From NCBI RefSeq assembly GCF_006345805.1, contig NC_043005.1, positions 2,790,001 to 2,854,000 of the forward strand: a stretch of 64,000 nucleotides of DNA, given 5' to 3'. The notes under the pieces were generated by a model that did no database searches, had not been told where the DNA came from, and saw only the letters and a list, made by a program, of their open reading frames with translations. The stretch comes from Octopus sinensis (Eukaryota). The first letter of the stretch is position 1. The number at the start of each line of letters is the position of its first letter. The position numbers and the translations under genes were made by a program. This document shows positions 26,242-39,189 of the stretch, piece after piece.

Positions 26242-29200
26242 GCACTGGCACCCATCTTGCAGTGGCTTGGTGTGCAGACGTCAGATCGTAAACCTTTTTG
26301 CTTGGCGAATTTGGTCTCTTGTCAAACCACTAAGTTAGAGGGATGCAAACATACCAACACTGGTTTGTCAAGCGATGGTGGGGGATAATCACTGACACAC
26401 ACAAATGCATGCATTTGTGTCAGATGCTCTACCAATTCTACTATCAACAACAACAGTGTCTTTGTGTCAGGGATTATCCCCCACCATCGCTTGACAGCCA
26501 GTCTTGGTTTGTTTGCGTCCCTGTAACTTAGCAGTTTGACAAGAGACCAATTGAACAAGTGTCAGTCCTGAGGTCGAGTCATTTGACCAAAATTTCTTCA
26601 AGGCAGTGCTCCAGCATGGCCACAGTCTAATGACTGAAACAAGTAAAAGATAAGAGGATTATTGTTGTTTAATCCCAAATATTTTAAAACCCCTCTTCCT
26701 TCTAATCTCTTATTAATCTTTAATTATTGCTGTTGTTGTTGTTGTCATTGTTTAACATTTGTATATTTTTTCCACAGGTTGGCATCTACGAATGTCATGA
26801 GAATGGTAAAATCAAACTTCTCCAAGCCTACGCTGACCCTTCTGTATCCTTTTTTTTACCGGAATCTATTCTGGAATGTTCTCTTTAACTACCAAACAGG
26901 GTGAATGAGATTTGTACAACTAATTTATAATTATGGAAAGAGGGCAAAAGATGATGCCAACGGCAGGGCCTCACACTGGATCCTTAATGGTATCTTGTTT
27001 CACCCTTTGGCATTCAGATCACTCTGTCCAATGTGACGTTTATTTATTCACATTGTTTTGAATTAATCATGCATTATTTTGTAGCTTCAAGATTTCTATG
27101 ATGTGACTGTTTTTAGCTAGACATTGTAGGGTAGGTGTGAGGGGCTGGATCTAGTCAGTTTGACCGTAAAACAGAATATTTGGGGCCAGATGTGGCTGGT
27201 TTAACTGCTGATTATGTTCCAAAGTCTGTGAATACTTAGAGATTTTGTTGATGCCTTTGCTTGGCAGCAATGTCAACACTACAACAGGTTGGAAGCAGAT
27301 CTGTTGTGAAAATAATTGATAGCTCAGCCTGAAATATTGTTTTGTCCACAGAGTAAAGAAATAAAAAGAAAAAAATAAGAATTTCCTTCCAAAAAAGGGT
27401 CGTAACACTTTCGGCTGTTCTGATAAAGGTAAATCAATCGAAGGTAAAGCATCGGTAGAAACCAAGAACTCAACATATTCCTGTTAGTGGGATAAAGCGA
27501 GCTGGCAGACACGTTAGCGTGCTGGGTGAAATGCTTAGAGGTATTTCGTCTGTCGTTACGTTCTGAGTTCAAATTCCACTGTGGTCGACTTTGCCTTTCA
27601 TCCTTTTGAGGTTGATAAATAAAGTACTAGTTACGCACTGGGGTCGATGTAATCGACTTAATCCCTTTGTCTGTCCTTGTTTGTCCCCTTGTGGGTAGTA
27701 AAGAAGTAAAGTGAGGACTATAGAAACGAGTAAGGTTGGTGGATGAGGTGAGTGAAAAGCCGGAAGGTGTTGCAGCTGAAACAAAGATGTTTCGGCTTCA
27801 ATTAATGACTAGAAAAGTGTGTTCAGAGCCAACTTTGTCCAACTGGAAACAGTGAATCTATTTAGTTGGATGTTTGTCTTCCATTGGTTCAATCCCTGAA
27901 TGAAGTCGGAGGAGACAGAACTACGGCTCATATCAGCTCAGTTTTGTTGATATGCAATCAGTGGGATTGGTGGCTGCAATACAGGTGGGTGGGGGAGGCA
28001 GATTTAGTTGTTAAGTGGACTGAAGAAGTAATTAGGTGTGTAGTGGAATGGGGGGTCATCTGATATGAATCAATGATTCCTGTTGGCACGAATACTGGTT
28101 AATGAAAGCTGTAGGGGCTGTAGAAGTGGAAAGAACTATGGTGTTGGGTGTTGTTAATTGGATGTTGTGTTGTGTCCTTAATTCATGCAAGACAGAGGAA
28201 AACTTCTATTGTTGTGCTTGGACATTTGATGATGTGACAGGACAACCACTGTTGGCCACAGGTGGCATGAGAGGCATTATAAGAATCATAAGTCCTGTTT
28301 CCATGCAATGCATCAAGGTAAACCATTACGATAATTCTTCTTCTTACTATTATTGAGGTGATGAGCGGGCAGAATCGTTACTACTCCTGGCAAAATGTTT
28401 AGAGGCATTTCATCAGCCTTTATGTTCTGAGTTCAAATTCTGCCAAGGTTGATTTGCCTTTCATCCTTTCAGGGTCAATAAAATAAGTACCAATCAAGTG
28501 TGTCTGGGGGGGGGGGTCTTACCCCATCTCCCAAAATTGCTGGCCTTATGCCAAAATTTGAAATTATTACTACATATTTTTATACCTTATGTAGCAAAAG
28601 CATGATCACTCTTGACCTTTAGCTGCCCACATTGTGGCTTTTTACTTTTAGCTACCTATTTTTGGTTCATCATGTGATGGTCTAGTCCATTTAGCTTTAC
28701 TTGGATTGTCCACCCCTTAACATGATGGATTAGCCTAGTGTCCCTATGTCAGCTATTTAAGAGACGATTTTTCCCGCTAATTCCTTAGAGAGGTGAGTTT
28801 TCTATGAGCGGGTTTTGGATCTTCAACAATGTGAGCAGTGTATTCACTTTGTCGCTTCAGCGGGAGCATAATTGTAACCCGAATCCTTGATGCTATGCTT
28901 TGCTTCCTTCCATCATTATCAACAGAATTGCAACCAGAATCTTTGACGCTAGACTTCACGTTTTTCTCACCTTTCATCTTCAATTTCTATAAGCATTTGA
29001 ATTTATTTAATGTATTGACAATAATTCAATACCCTACCATTAATAATAAATGTTTCAGTGTGGTCAACTTCAACTTGCCTTTTACATTTTCTTATTCATA
29101 TCCATCCTGACTTAGATTAACCAGAACACAACATTATCCGGCCATGACTGGCATCTGTTGCTAGTGGAGCGCTAAGAGTACCATACGAGTGAGATCGTTG

Positions 29201-32200
29201 CCAGAGCAACAAGCTGGCCTCCAAGCCGATGGCACATTAAGCACACCATTCGAGCGTGATCGTTACCACGTCGCCTTACTAGCACTTGTGCTAGTGGCAC
29301 GTGAAACAATCGAGTGAGGTCATTGCCAGTGCCGCTGGACTGGCTCCTCTGCAGGTGGCACGTAAAAAACACCATTTGAGCATGGCCATTGCCAGTACCA
29401 CCTGACTGGCCCTCGTGGCAGTGGCACGTAAAAGCACCCACTACACTCTCAGAGTGGTTGGCATTAGGAAGGGCATCCAGCTGTAGAAACAATGCCAGAT
29501 CAGATTGGAGTCTGGTTCGCCAGACCTCAGTCAAACTGTCCAACCCATGCTAGCATGGAAAGCAGATGTTAAATGATGATGATGATGATGATGAAACAGC
29601 ATTTCATACAACATTCATGGCTAAACTTACAATGTGTCTGCTGTTATTGTTACATATTTTTACAGCATCCTTTCTACCTGTCACTGTTTTGCTCTGTTTT
29701 CATTCAAAATTTCCCTCCCACTTCCCTGACCACAAGGGTTCAAACTCAAGCCGGTTCTTTGTTTGCTTTCAGAATTTCATAGGGCATGGCAACGCTGTCA
29801 ATGAACTGCGATTCCACCCCAAATACCCTAACATGATGTTATCTGTGAGTAAAGGTAAGCCACTTGGTTTATATTAATTTTACTTTATGGTCATGGGAGG
29901 GGAAATCTTACCTTACTTGAAAACAGGTGAGAGTTGGGGACAGGAGAGGTATCCGACCATAGAAAATCTGCCTCATGCAAGCATGGAAAAAGGGGACATT
30001 AAAATGGGGGTGGTGGTGGTGGTTGTTGTTGTTTTAACTTACTTTTCTAATTGTTGTTGCAGAGGTTATTCCTGTCGTTGAGGAATCAATGTTTAGATTG
30101 AGTAAATTTTTGGATAATTTGTTCTTAAATTATCAATTTGTATCTCACTGAAGTATTTTGTTTTACTTCCATTTTTCCATATTTGCATTGATTAGACCAG
30201 TTGTTCTCAACCAGGGTCCACATGATGCTTCAAGGGTCCACAGAAGATTTCATTCTGCAATAAATTGGTTACACTTCTAGAAGACAACCAAATAACATTT
30301 CATTCATAATCATCATCATCATCATCCTCCATGTATTGGACCTAATTATAAAAATATAATTGAATTTCTTAAAACTTCAAATGTTTATGAGGGTGTAGTA
30401 GAGTAAAATAGGGGTCAGAAGGGTCCATAGATAAGAAGGGGTTAAGAACCACTGGGTTAGACAAATATATTATTGCAACATTGTTCTACAGCTAAATGTC
30501 CTTCATGTTTTTAATCCTTACCCTTAGGGATATCTTATCCCTTGGGGTTTTGAATATGTGAGGTGATAGTTCATTGACAAAACAACTGTCCCTCACAACC
30601 TTCATCCCAGTATAAACACACACACACACGCTCATGATGGTCTTTTTTTTTTTGTTCAGTTTCTACTTCTCGAATCCACTCGTAGGGTTTGTTCCGTCCA
30701 TTGCTACGTTAGAAGGCAGCTGCCCAAAGTGTTGCCCCAGCTGGGACTGAAATCAAAAGCACATGGTTGGGAGGCAAACTTCTTAATCGTGCAACTCTGC
30801 CTCTGTTTATTTGTCTGAATAAATAAATTTCTTTCTCCATCTATTTGGCTAATGACTAATTAAGTCCTTTCCGGAGGCTGACGAGTAACATTGACTAAAG
30901 CAATAAACATCAATGGAACACGTTTCTGCTGCAGAAGCTGGAGCGAAAGATCCGGACGTTTCCAAACGTCTGTGGTTCAGCGGAGGTTCACACCTCTTTT
31001 TAGTTTGTCCGTCCTTGTCATCAATGACCGAGGTCAGTACATGGGGGAAGAGATTGAGGCATGACCAATCGGTCTGATGCATCCAGGTCAGGCAGTGGTG
31101 GTCAGTTTGGGACGGGAAGGCAAGGAATTCACTTTGGACTTGCATTCTTCAGATTTTCTTTGTGCAGCTGCAATTCCTTTTGTAGCGGGTGGCACATTTG
31201 TTGCCAGGCAGCACCATTTTGTGCTTGCATTCTTCAGGTGTCACGGTTGATCTCAAAGCTTTTGAGCCTCTCTCCTTGTGGGCCCTTGCCTTCGACCAAG
31301 CATTCAAACAAGGTGACTTGCCCACCAGCTTTGTGCTCCTGCTAGGAGGGTCAGATCAAGGGAGGACCTCCTTTATTCTAATGATTCACTAAGTAGACAC
31401 CATTTTCCTCTCAATACCATTCTCTACAGCCTGGCATTATCTATTTACGTTGCATTACTTGTGATATTGGGTCTGAATGCTTTTTGTCTCCTCTCAGATC
31501 ATGCTTTACGAATATGGAACATCAAAACAGATATATGTGTAGCAATTTTTGGTGGAGTTGATGGTCATCGGGATGAAGTTCTCAGTGCAGTGAGTCCATT
31601 ATTATTATTATTATTATTATTATTTTTTTAAATTTTTTTTTTTAAATCTCCACTGTTCTTTGTATTGTTCTAAATGTTTTTGCAGCTCTTGATGCCAACA
31701 AAGAATTTTTTTATTGCTTCAATTCCTAGACTGGATGCTGCGTTGTGTATTTGAGCAAAGCGCTTCATCTCATTTTGTTTTATGATCCCTTCCACCCCTG
31801 ATGCGTGGCACACCTGTCGCACCTGTTCAGGTCACTATAAAATCATTTGTGCAGGTCGTTTTGGCAACAAAACTCAACACTCATACATCGTCTTTGACTG
31901 GACGGGTTCATAACTGTTAAAGAAACCATTCTTCTTATTATTAAAGCAAGATTTAAAAACTGTCAAAATGTTTTGTTGGTTCAACTTGAGGTTGTCTTCC
32001 AGTTTCATTTCTGAATTATGATCGACAAATATCCCAACTCATGTTGCAAAAATGTTTCATTCCTGAATATCTTAGGTTAGATTCTGTACTATCATACCTA
32101 CTTTCCCATTGAAATATTACTGCAGGGAGCACCTACCTACATACATACATACATGCATATACATATATATGTATATATATATATATTTATTTCTTTACTA

Positions 32201-35200
32201 CCCACAAGGGGCTAAACGTAGAGAGGATGAACAAGGACAAACAAACGGATTAAGTCGATTACATCGACCCCAGTGCGAAACTGGTACTTTTATTTATCGA
32301 CACCGAAAGGATGAAAGGCAAAGTCGACCTCGGCGGAATTTGAACTCAGAACGTAACGACAGACGAAATACCACTAAGCATTCCGCCTGGTGCGCTAACG
32401 TGTCTACCAGCTCGCCGCCTTCATATGTATATATATATTGTATATATATATGTATATATATATTGGGGTTCAACCCATGCTAGCATGGAAAGCGGATGTT
32501 AAACAATGATGATGATAAGATAGATAGATAGATAGTATATGGGTGAGTGAGCAAATGAAAGAAGGTGCTTAATGCATTTAGTAGGAGTTAATATATTATT
32601 ATCATTATTCAAAACAGTTTTATTCAGCCCTGTGTGACTACAAAACTTTAAGTCACATGGGCCGAATCAAATGGTTTTAAATAATTGTAATAATCAGATA
32701 TATGAGAGATGTCTATGTACGAGAGAGATGTGTCTGCCTGAGCATGATGCGATTGTTGTTGTTCATTTCCAATCTTCCATGGAAAAGCATGTCTGGTCAT
32801 GGAGAAACATTTGCTTGTTTGGAAACAGGTGAGGGTTGGTGAGACAGAAAGAGAGTCTGGACATCTTGGACTGATATCTTTTACCCATCATGACACCAAC
32901 CCTCAACCTTGTGAGTGAAACTGGGAAGATGGAAACTGTACAGAAGCCTGCCTTAGGGATTCTACCTTTAATTTCAAAGGTACAGCCTTGTCACTGTCAC
33001 CTTGATACTGCTTGAGACTTGCATGTCTGTGGAGTATTCAGCCAATTGGATGTTATTTCAGTGAGCCTGGTAGTCCAGTAGATAAAAAAAGAGATGGGTT
33101 TACTTCCCATCTTTATTGAAATTTCAAGGTTAAAGGAGACGAAAGCTTGAAGACTGTTCTTCTTCTTCTTCTTTCAGGACTTCAACATTGATGGCAGTTT
33201 TATTGTGTCTTGTGGCATGGACCATTCCTTGAAAATCTGGAACTTAAAGACAGACGCTATCATCAAAGCAATGAAAGATTCCTACACGTACAACAGTACC
33301 AAAAACAACAGGTAATGCGGATTTACCTTTCCTTTTTCTTGTTTCTGTCATTGGAGACTGTGGCCATGCTGGGGCACTGCTTTCAAATATTTTAGTCAAA
33401 CAAATTGATCCCAGGACTTTTTTTTCAAAGTCTGGTACTTATTCTATCGATATAATTTGCTGAACTGTTAAGTTATGGAGACGTAAATGCACAAGCACCA
33501 ATTGTCAAGTGGTGGTGGCAAATAGACACACACACGTGTGTGTAATTAAAATCCTTCTAACGATCCTAATGGTTTGGGACTTCATTTCTTCCATTATTGC
33601 TGACAAGAAAATGAGGTAAAGATTTTGTCATGGTTTTTGAATTAAAGAATATCTTAATCTGACTCAGCAGATTAAGATGAGATTATCTTTCACACTAGAA
33701 AACTTTCTGAGGATTTCATCTGAAGATTATTTTTGATGTTTATTTATTTCCAAATTTCATTTTTTTTTTAATTCCTGGTCTTTTTTCCAAAACCTGATTT
33801 TGAAACTCGGTTTAAGCCTTGCCAGCTTGGAAGATGGACGTTAAAAGATGAGAATTAGGGAGGCTTTGTTGTATTGATATACTATTAGTAACCTTAGGAA
33901 AGTTTTGATCATCTCTCTCTCTCTCTCTCATTTCCAGACCATTCCCCACAGTATCCAATCATTATCCAGATTTCTCCACCCGTGACATCCACAGAAATTA
34001 CGTGGATTGTGTTCGTTGGCTCGGACGTTTTATTTTATCAAAGGTAACCAGTTTCATTTCAACAAATATAAAATCCTCTGTGTGTGTGTATAGATACTAT
34101 GAAGGGCAAGTGGGTTATTTAATATTTGTGTAACTTTTAATAATTAATGGATGAATGTTGTTATTCTGGGTTTGTGAAATGGTAATCAGTGAAAAGATTT
34201 AATAAATATATTCCAAGTAGATTTGTACTGACCGTTGCAAAGCAGATAAACCAGCAATACATCGTGTGTATGTGTGAATAATTAGCAGATTCTAGAAGCT
34301 TCAGCTTCTGATAAAATATATATACTCTAGTTTATGTACTGAGTACTTTTTTTCCCCCTTTGTAAACACATTCAACATATGTGTTAGTGTGTGTACACAC
34401 AAACCACATCCATTTATAGGCATGTGTCCACTCACAGAAGATTATGGAGAGCATCACAAGCGGTTTTAGACCAGTTGTGTAGCATTTTACAAAAGAAATT
34501 AAATGTTAAAACAACCTGATTCAAGACTATTGTTAGGTTTACAGTAATATTAATGCTGTAAGGTTACAGTATAAGCCTGTTGTTAGGTGTGTTGTGGATG
34601 TGTGGAGTAAAATGGATTTAGTGTCAAATGTGAAGCCGTTGACTGCTCCATTTGAGTTGTAGTTTAATAGCAACACATTGTTTGTACTTTTCCTTGCTTT
34701 AAGAATTGTGTTTGTGTCTAGTAATAGGGAGAAGAAAGAAAGTGGATATTTGTAGATATTCATCAACTTCATTGCTTTTTAACATTTTTTTTCCCCATAC
34801 AGACAAGTGGAGGCGCGTGGCTTAGTGGTTAGGATGTCGGCATCATGATTATAAGATTGTGGTTTCGATTCCTGGACCGGGCGACGCGTTGTGTTCTTGA
34901 GCAAAACACTTCATTTCACATTGCTCCAGTCCACTCAGCTGGCAAAAATGAGTAACGCTGCGATGGACTGGCGTCCCATCCAGCTGGGGGGAACACATAC
35001 GCCACAGAAACCGGGCCCATGAGCCTGGCTAGGCTTGAAAAGGGCGACGTTAATTATTTGTGGAGTCACATGGCCTAGTGATTAGAGCAGCAGACTCGCG
35101 GTCGAGGGATTGCGGGTTCAAATCTCAGACTGGGCAATGTGTGTTTATGAGCGGCTCTGGCAGAAAATAATGGCTAACTTCTGCTGACACTTTCGCCACA

Positions 35201-38086
35201 ACTTTCTCTCACTCTTTCCTCCTGCATCTTGCAGCTCACCTGCAACAGACCGGCATCCCGTCCAGGTGGGGAACCTATACGCCAAGGAAACTGGGAAACC
35301 AGTCCTTATGAGCCAGGCATGGCTCGAGAAGGAACAAACATACAGACAAGGGTTTGATATAATACAGCATCTCACCACTTGTGATCCGTCTTCATCACTT
35401 CTTACGTCTTCCTCTGCCAGCTTTTGTCACATCAGAACCTCTGCATTTGTCTCCCATAAACATTGACTGATTCATTTAGTGTCAGCCACCTCCATCAACC
35501 GTCTGCCCGTCTCTCATCTTCTTCTTCTTCCTCTCTGCCCTCCATTAGTCTCCTACATTCAATGCTACATGTATCACAACCAAAGGGAGAAACCTTTTGT
35601 TGTTCCCGGGAGACAACGGCTTCATGAATGTTCTCCCTCTGTTGTCATCACGATGGCATCAAATGTAGCCATGCAAGTGAAAAACAGGCATGACCACCCA
35701 CACTTCACATTTGAGTGTTCAGATGCTGGAGGGTGGAAAGCACCAAGAATGCAAAAACCTTAGCATTGAAATTTCAGTTGGAAATTTTCAAAAACTCTTT
35801 GAACAATGAAGATATTGGTCTGCTATGTTCTGTCCTGTTAAAACAAGGAATTTATTTTGCCTCAAATCTGTGAAGAATTGTCCCCAGTCTGCCAATTTTT
35901 CTCCCTGGTTCCCAATCTTGAAACTCTGTCCACACTTCCTGTTCTGAATCTTCTAAGTTCCATCTCTTTCAGTCATGTGAAAACTGTATTGTCTGTTGGA
36001 AACCTGGCCACCTCAACCAAACGGATCTAAAGCATTCAGATTCCACTACGACCATCTTACACAGATTCGAATACCGTGAGTGTGATATCTGGTATATGAG
36101 GTTCTCTATGGATTATTGGCAAAAGGTGGGTGAAACACTTAACTCTTCTCATCAAAATGGTTTCTTGTTGTTGTTGTATCTAAATATATCGGCTTCTTTG
36201 TGATGTTCACAGCTCACTCTCATAAATCATCATCAGTTGACGCCTGTCTTCTCTGTTGACATTTCTTGGACAGTTTGACTGGATCCAATATGTCCAAGGA
36301 CTGCATTCAGCTCCAGTGTCTCTTTTCGCACGGTTTCCACAGCTGGATGCCCTTCCTAATGCCAACCACTTCACAGAGTGAACTGGGTGCTTTTTATGTG
36401 ACACCTGCTCTAGTGTGGTTTCCATACAGCTTCTATATTATTATTATTATTATTTTTTAAAATTTATATATTTTTTTTGCCTGTTTTTACTTTCTGAGTT
36501 CAAATTTTGCCTTTCATCCTTTAGGGTCGGTAATAAAATAAGTACCAGTTGAGCACTGGGGTCAATCTAATAGACTTACCCCACCCCCAAACTTACTGGC
36601 CCTGTGCCAAAATTTGTGTTATGGACCATTTGAATCTTCTTTATTTCAGTGACCTTCCGTAACTTCTATTTGCCGGATGATGTGTGTCTTAGTCATGGTT
36701 GAGTGATCACTTGTGATATTTTTGGTTTCTTTGCAGGTTATGGCTCTTGGTAATCAAGTTGGTCGGCTTTTTGTGTGGGACATGGATGTAGATGATCCCA
36801 CAATGTCCAGGTAAATAATGCCATGCCTGACTACTTTTTCCGGGGACTTTGTTAATTTTGTTTTCGTTATTGAGGAGGTTGACAATGATGACCATTGTCA
36901 TCTCAAGAAGTGTTATTGTCAGGGATCAGATGGGGAGTTCTACATTCTCAAAGATGTAGACCCCAGTTTCTGGGGTCAGTTGCATCAGTCCTTGGTGCAT
37001 AGAATGGTCTAGAATATGCTAGGGTTTTAACTGGCCCTTCATTAGTTACAGTGATGAGGGTTCCAGTTCAACAGAACAGCCTGTTCATGAAATTAACATG
37101 CAAGTGGCTGAGTACTCCACAGACACTCATACCCTTTACAGAGTGTGACACGACTGGCCCCTTTTGAATTACAGGTACTACTCACTTTTGTCAGCTGAGT
37201 GGTCTGGAGCAATCTGAAATAAAGTGTCTTGCTCAAGATCACAACACACTGCCAGGAATCGAACTCCCGATCTTATGCTCATGAGCTGAATACTCCTAAC
37301 CATTAAGCCATATGCCATGGTTAAGGTTACCATGGAATACATGTGACCAGTGCATTCATTCTAACACTACAATTATTTTTATACCTAAAGACATGGTTCA
37401 ATATTATAATGATAATAAGAAAGTGATTAGAAACTGATTGAACCATGCAGAATGGCGGCGGGGGTGGTGGGTGATATGTTTATTTGATATTTCAGTCTTC
37501 AATATTGAAAATGAAATGTTAATTTAGAACTATTTCTAACCCCTGGGGTTACAAACAGACCATCTGAAGGGAAGACCAGCAGAAATGGCTTTAGAATTAG
37601 AAAACTTCTGACTTGTAAAACGTGACTGTAAGCGCTTAATGGCGATCAGTTTTTGAAGACGTGGTCCATCAACAGATTTAACACCACCTTTCGGTCCTTC
37701 GGTGCCTTTAGTGGGGTCCAGTCTGTTACAAGTGTTTAGTCCAGGGTCTGCCCTGGAAGTGAGTTGCTTGATATGTTTGAACATCTTTCAATGCTAGGAA
37801 GACCCTTTTAAGACCCTTTCCTACCTCAGCCTTACAGATGCCTTGCAAAACATGATAATTCCTCTCCTGACCAAATCCCAACAATGAATTACCCACCAAA
37901 CTTGGTGACTTTTTCTCTTCATCTTTCTACAAAATGTTTCTTTTCCCATTCTTTCTCAGGTGCACCGTTCTGATAAACAGTAAATGTACAACGGCGATAC
38001 GACAGACTGCGTTTAGTCGTGATGGCAGCATCCTTCTCTCTGTTTGTGATGACGGCACAATATGGCGCTGGGACCGAGTGAAATAG
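16956..38086 (+). CDS. EED: Polycomb protein EED/esc (PRC2 WD40 subunit), 12 coding exons, 1287 nt, 428 aa
   Basis: Exons were joined by hand with GT-AG boundaries and consistent phases, giving an open frame from ATG to TAG. The peptide matches EED throughout ([101 protein letters not shown]). Residues equivalent to the H3K27me3 aromatic cage (human F97, Y148, W364, Y365) are intact. Confidence 0.97.
18130..18490 (-). mobile_element. tRNA-derived SINE, family A (internally duplicated copy; MetaSINE-like core)
   Basis: The core gttctgagttcaaattccgccgaggtcgactttgcctttcatcctttcggggtcgataaattaagtaccagt recurs at ~2480-2640(-), 3235-3365(+), 17800-17900(+), 25655-25860(-), 27498-27705(+), 28365-28560(+), 32165-32420(-), 36495-36615(+), 38395-38580(+), 43345-43555(+), 44105-44290(+) and 50165-50590(-). 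The resemblance to the Meta domain is from memory. Confidence 0.85.
19100..19620 (-). mobile_element. Decayed RTE LINE 3' fragment
   Basis: The minus strand gives an RTE-like C-terminus (...[17 protein letters not shown]...) with many stops. Confidence 0.4.
21361..21507 (+). CDS. EED: EED exon 2 (DDMSSTTS...[11 protein letters not shown])
   Basis: Acceptor ttttctgttgacag, 147 nt, donor gtaagt. Confidence 0.9.
22731..24255 (+). repeat. Hierarchical tandem array at the head of an RTE-type SINE/LINE 3' end, in EED intron 2
   Basis: Three ~280-360-bp copies (~22780, ~23145, ~23430), then five 62-63-bp units (23772-24080, caccatccgagcgtggccgtctgccagcctcgtctggcacctgtgtcggtggcacataaaaa), then the common tail cacccactacactctcggagtgg...gctagcatggaaagcggacgttaaa(tga)n. 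The same tail occurs at ~29430-29592, 40845-40995 and several minus-strand sites. Confidence 0.85.
24941..25033 (+). CDS. EED: EED exon 3 ([11 protein letters not shown]...FATVGSNR)
   Basis: 93 nt, ag/gtaagg. Confidence 0.97.
26778..26843 (+). CDS. EED: EED exon 4 ([22 protein letters not shown])
   Basis: 66 nt; the donor is GTATCCTT (U12 type). Confidence 0.95.
26844..28191 (+). other. EED intron 4: GT-AG U12-type (minor spliceosome) intron
   Basis: The 5' splice site GTATCCTTT equals the RTATCCTT consensus. Branch point TCCTTAAT lies at 28175-28182, 9 nt before the 3' end of the intron. There is no polypyrimidine tract. Confidence 0.85.
28192..28317 (+). CDS. EED: EED exon 5 ([10 protein letters not shown]...SMQCIK)
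   Basis: 126 nt, donor gtaaac. Confidence 0.97.
29773..29854 (+). CDS. EED: EED exon 6 ([16 protein letters not shown]...SVSK)
   Basis: 82 nt, phase 0/1. Confidence 0.97.
30198..30454. mobile_element. hAT-Charlie-type MITE
   Basis: TIRs cagttgttctcaacc / ggttaagaaccactg, with an 8-bp target duplication gattagac / ggttagac (7/8). A related 5' end lies at ~49502. Confidence 0.75.
30990..31400 (-). mobile_element. RTE LINE 3' end remnant in EED intron 6
   Basis: The minus strand reads [15 protein letters not shown]...[14 protein letters not shown]...VIDDKDGQ, resembling the RTE end LK.FEIDP.TWE..AQ / H.CP.C.R.F.ARIGL.SH. Confidence 0.55.
31498..31589 (+). CDS. EED: EED exon 7 (DHALRIWN...GHRDEVLSA)
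   Basis: 92 nt, phase 1/0. Confidence 0.97.
33178..33311 (+). CDS. EED: EED exon 8 (DFNIDG...[10 protein letters not shown]...KNN)
   Basis: 134 nt, phase 0/2. Confidence 0.97.
33938..34043 (+). CDS. EED: EED exon 9 (RPFPT...[21 protein letters not shown])
   Basis: 106 nt, phase 2/0. Confidence 0.97.
34808..35340 (+). mobile_element. Two adjacent tRNA-derived SINEs, family C
   Basis: tRNA-like heads ggcgcgtggcttagtggttagg...ggtttcgattcc (34811) and ggcctagtgattagagc...ggttcaaatctc (35072), sharing the tail cgtcccatccag...gaaaccgg..catgagcc. A minus-strand relative lies at ~37010-37320. Confidence 0.7.
35973..36125 (+). CDS. EED: EED exon 10 ([12 protein letters not shown]...[15 protein letters not shown])
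   Basis: 153 nt, phase 0/0. Confidence 0.97.
36737..36810 (+). CDS. EED: EED exon 11 ([24 protein letters not shown])
   Basis: 74 nt, phase 0/2. Confidence 0.97.
37960..38086 (+). CDS. EED: EED exon 12, coding part (RCTVL...[12 protein letters not shown])
   Basis: 127 nt ending in TAG. No clear AATAAA was found nearby. Confidence 0.97.
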
Positions 38087-38610
38087 GAAACTCCATCAAA
38101 TGTTTCTACTCCATCCATCCATCCATTTCTCTCTCCCCACCCTTTTCTCTCATACTTCACCTTCTCTCTCTCTCTCTCTCTCTCTCCCCACCCACCCACC
38201 ACCAACAGTGTGCCTGCAATAATGTCCACTGCCAGATATCTCTACAAAATAACTGACGCATTTCACTATTTCACTTTCAAAATGAATGAATGCATTTTTT
38301 TTATAAAAACAAACAAGAGTATAACTCTTCTTAACTATTGCCTTTGTTTCTTTCATTATTATCATTATTATATTTTAGTGAGGTGGCAGCACCATTCGCA
38401 TGCTGGACAAACTGCTTAGCAGCATTTTATCCATTTTTACATTCTAAGTTCATATTCCACAGAGATTGACTTTGCCTTTCATCCTTTCAGGGTCATAGAT
38501 TAAGTACCAGTGAAATAATGGGGTTGATGTCATTCACTTACCACCCCTCCCCCAAAATTTCAGGCCTTATGCTTTTAGTAGAAAGGGTTGTTATTATTAT
38601 TATTGTTATT

Positions 38611-39142
38611 GAGTGAGAGAGCAGAGCATGCCATCAGAGTGACACTGGGGTGAAATATACGAAGCCCAGTATACTCATCATGACTACCCGTCTGATAAGG
38701 GTACACTAGGCACATGCATCACAACCATATGTGCGCGACATGGTGATCTCATATCAAGATAAACAGCAGTTAGAATTTTCTTCAGGTTGAGTAGCCCATC
38801 CCGCTCAAAAGGTCCCTGAATAAGGATTGTTTAAGGATGTTGAACGAACCACTCATGTTTCCAAAGGTGAATTATCCAAACCCCAAAGAATCCCTCTCAA
38901 CACATGGCTACGATGCTCCCCCACTATTTCTGCTCGTGATCAGAGATGCACATATCGTCAGCCACTAAGGGACATGCTCAACTGGTTAAGGTCAAACAAC
39001 TGACAAGCAAATCTGTGGTATTGAGCAGAATATTTGCTGTAGCCCACCTTTTATACCAAGACAAAACCAATGTACAGGATAACACTTCCAATCAGTTAAG
39101 ATCAGAAGCCACGAGAGCCACTGCCTGGTACTGCATCAGGGC
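38611..39142 (-). mobile_element. ~530-bp non-coding element bounded on both sides by (TAA)n
   Basis: (tta)n at 38590-38610 and 39145-39188 flank a GC-richer unique block with no ORF. Confidence 0.55.
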
Positions 39143-39156
39143 TGTTATTATTATTA

Positions 39157-39189
<33 letters not shown>

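Noticed and set aside
34808-35130. tRNA-like sequences at SINE heads (also the family A and B heads)
   Set aside because: They have A/B-box-like motifs but no closed acceptor stem, and they continue into SINE bodies.
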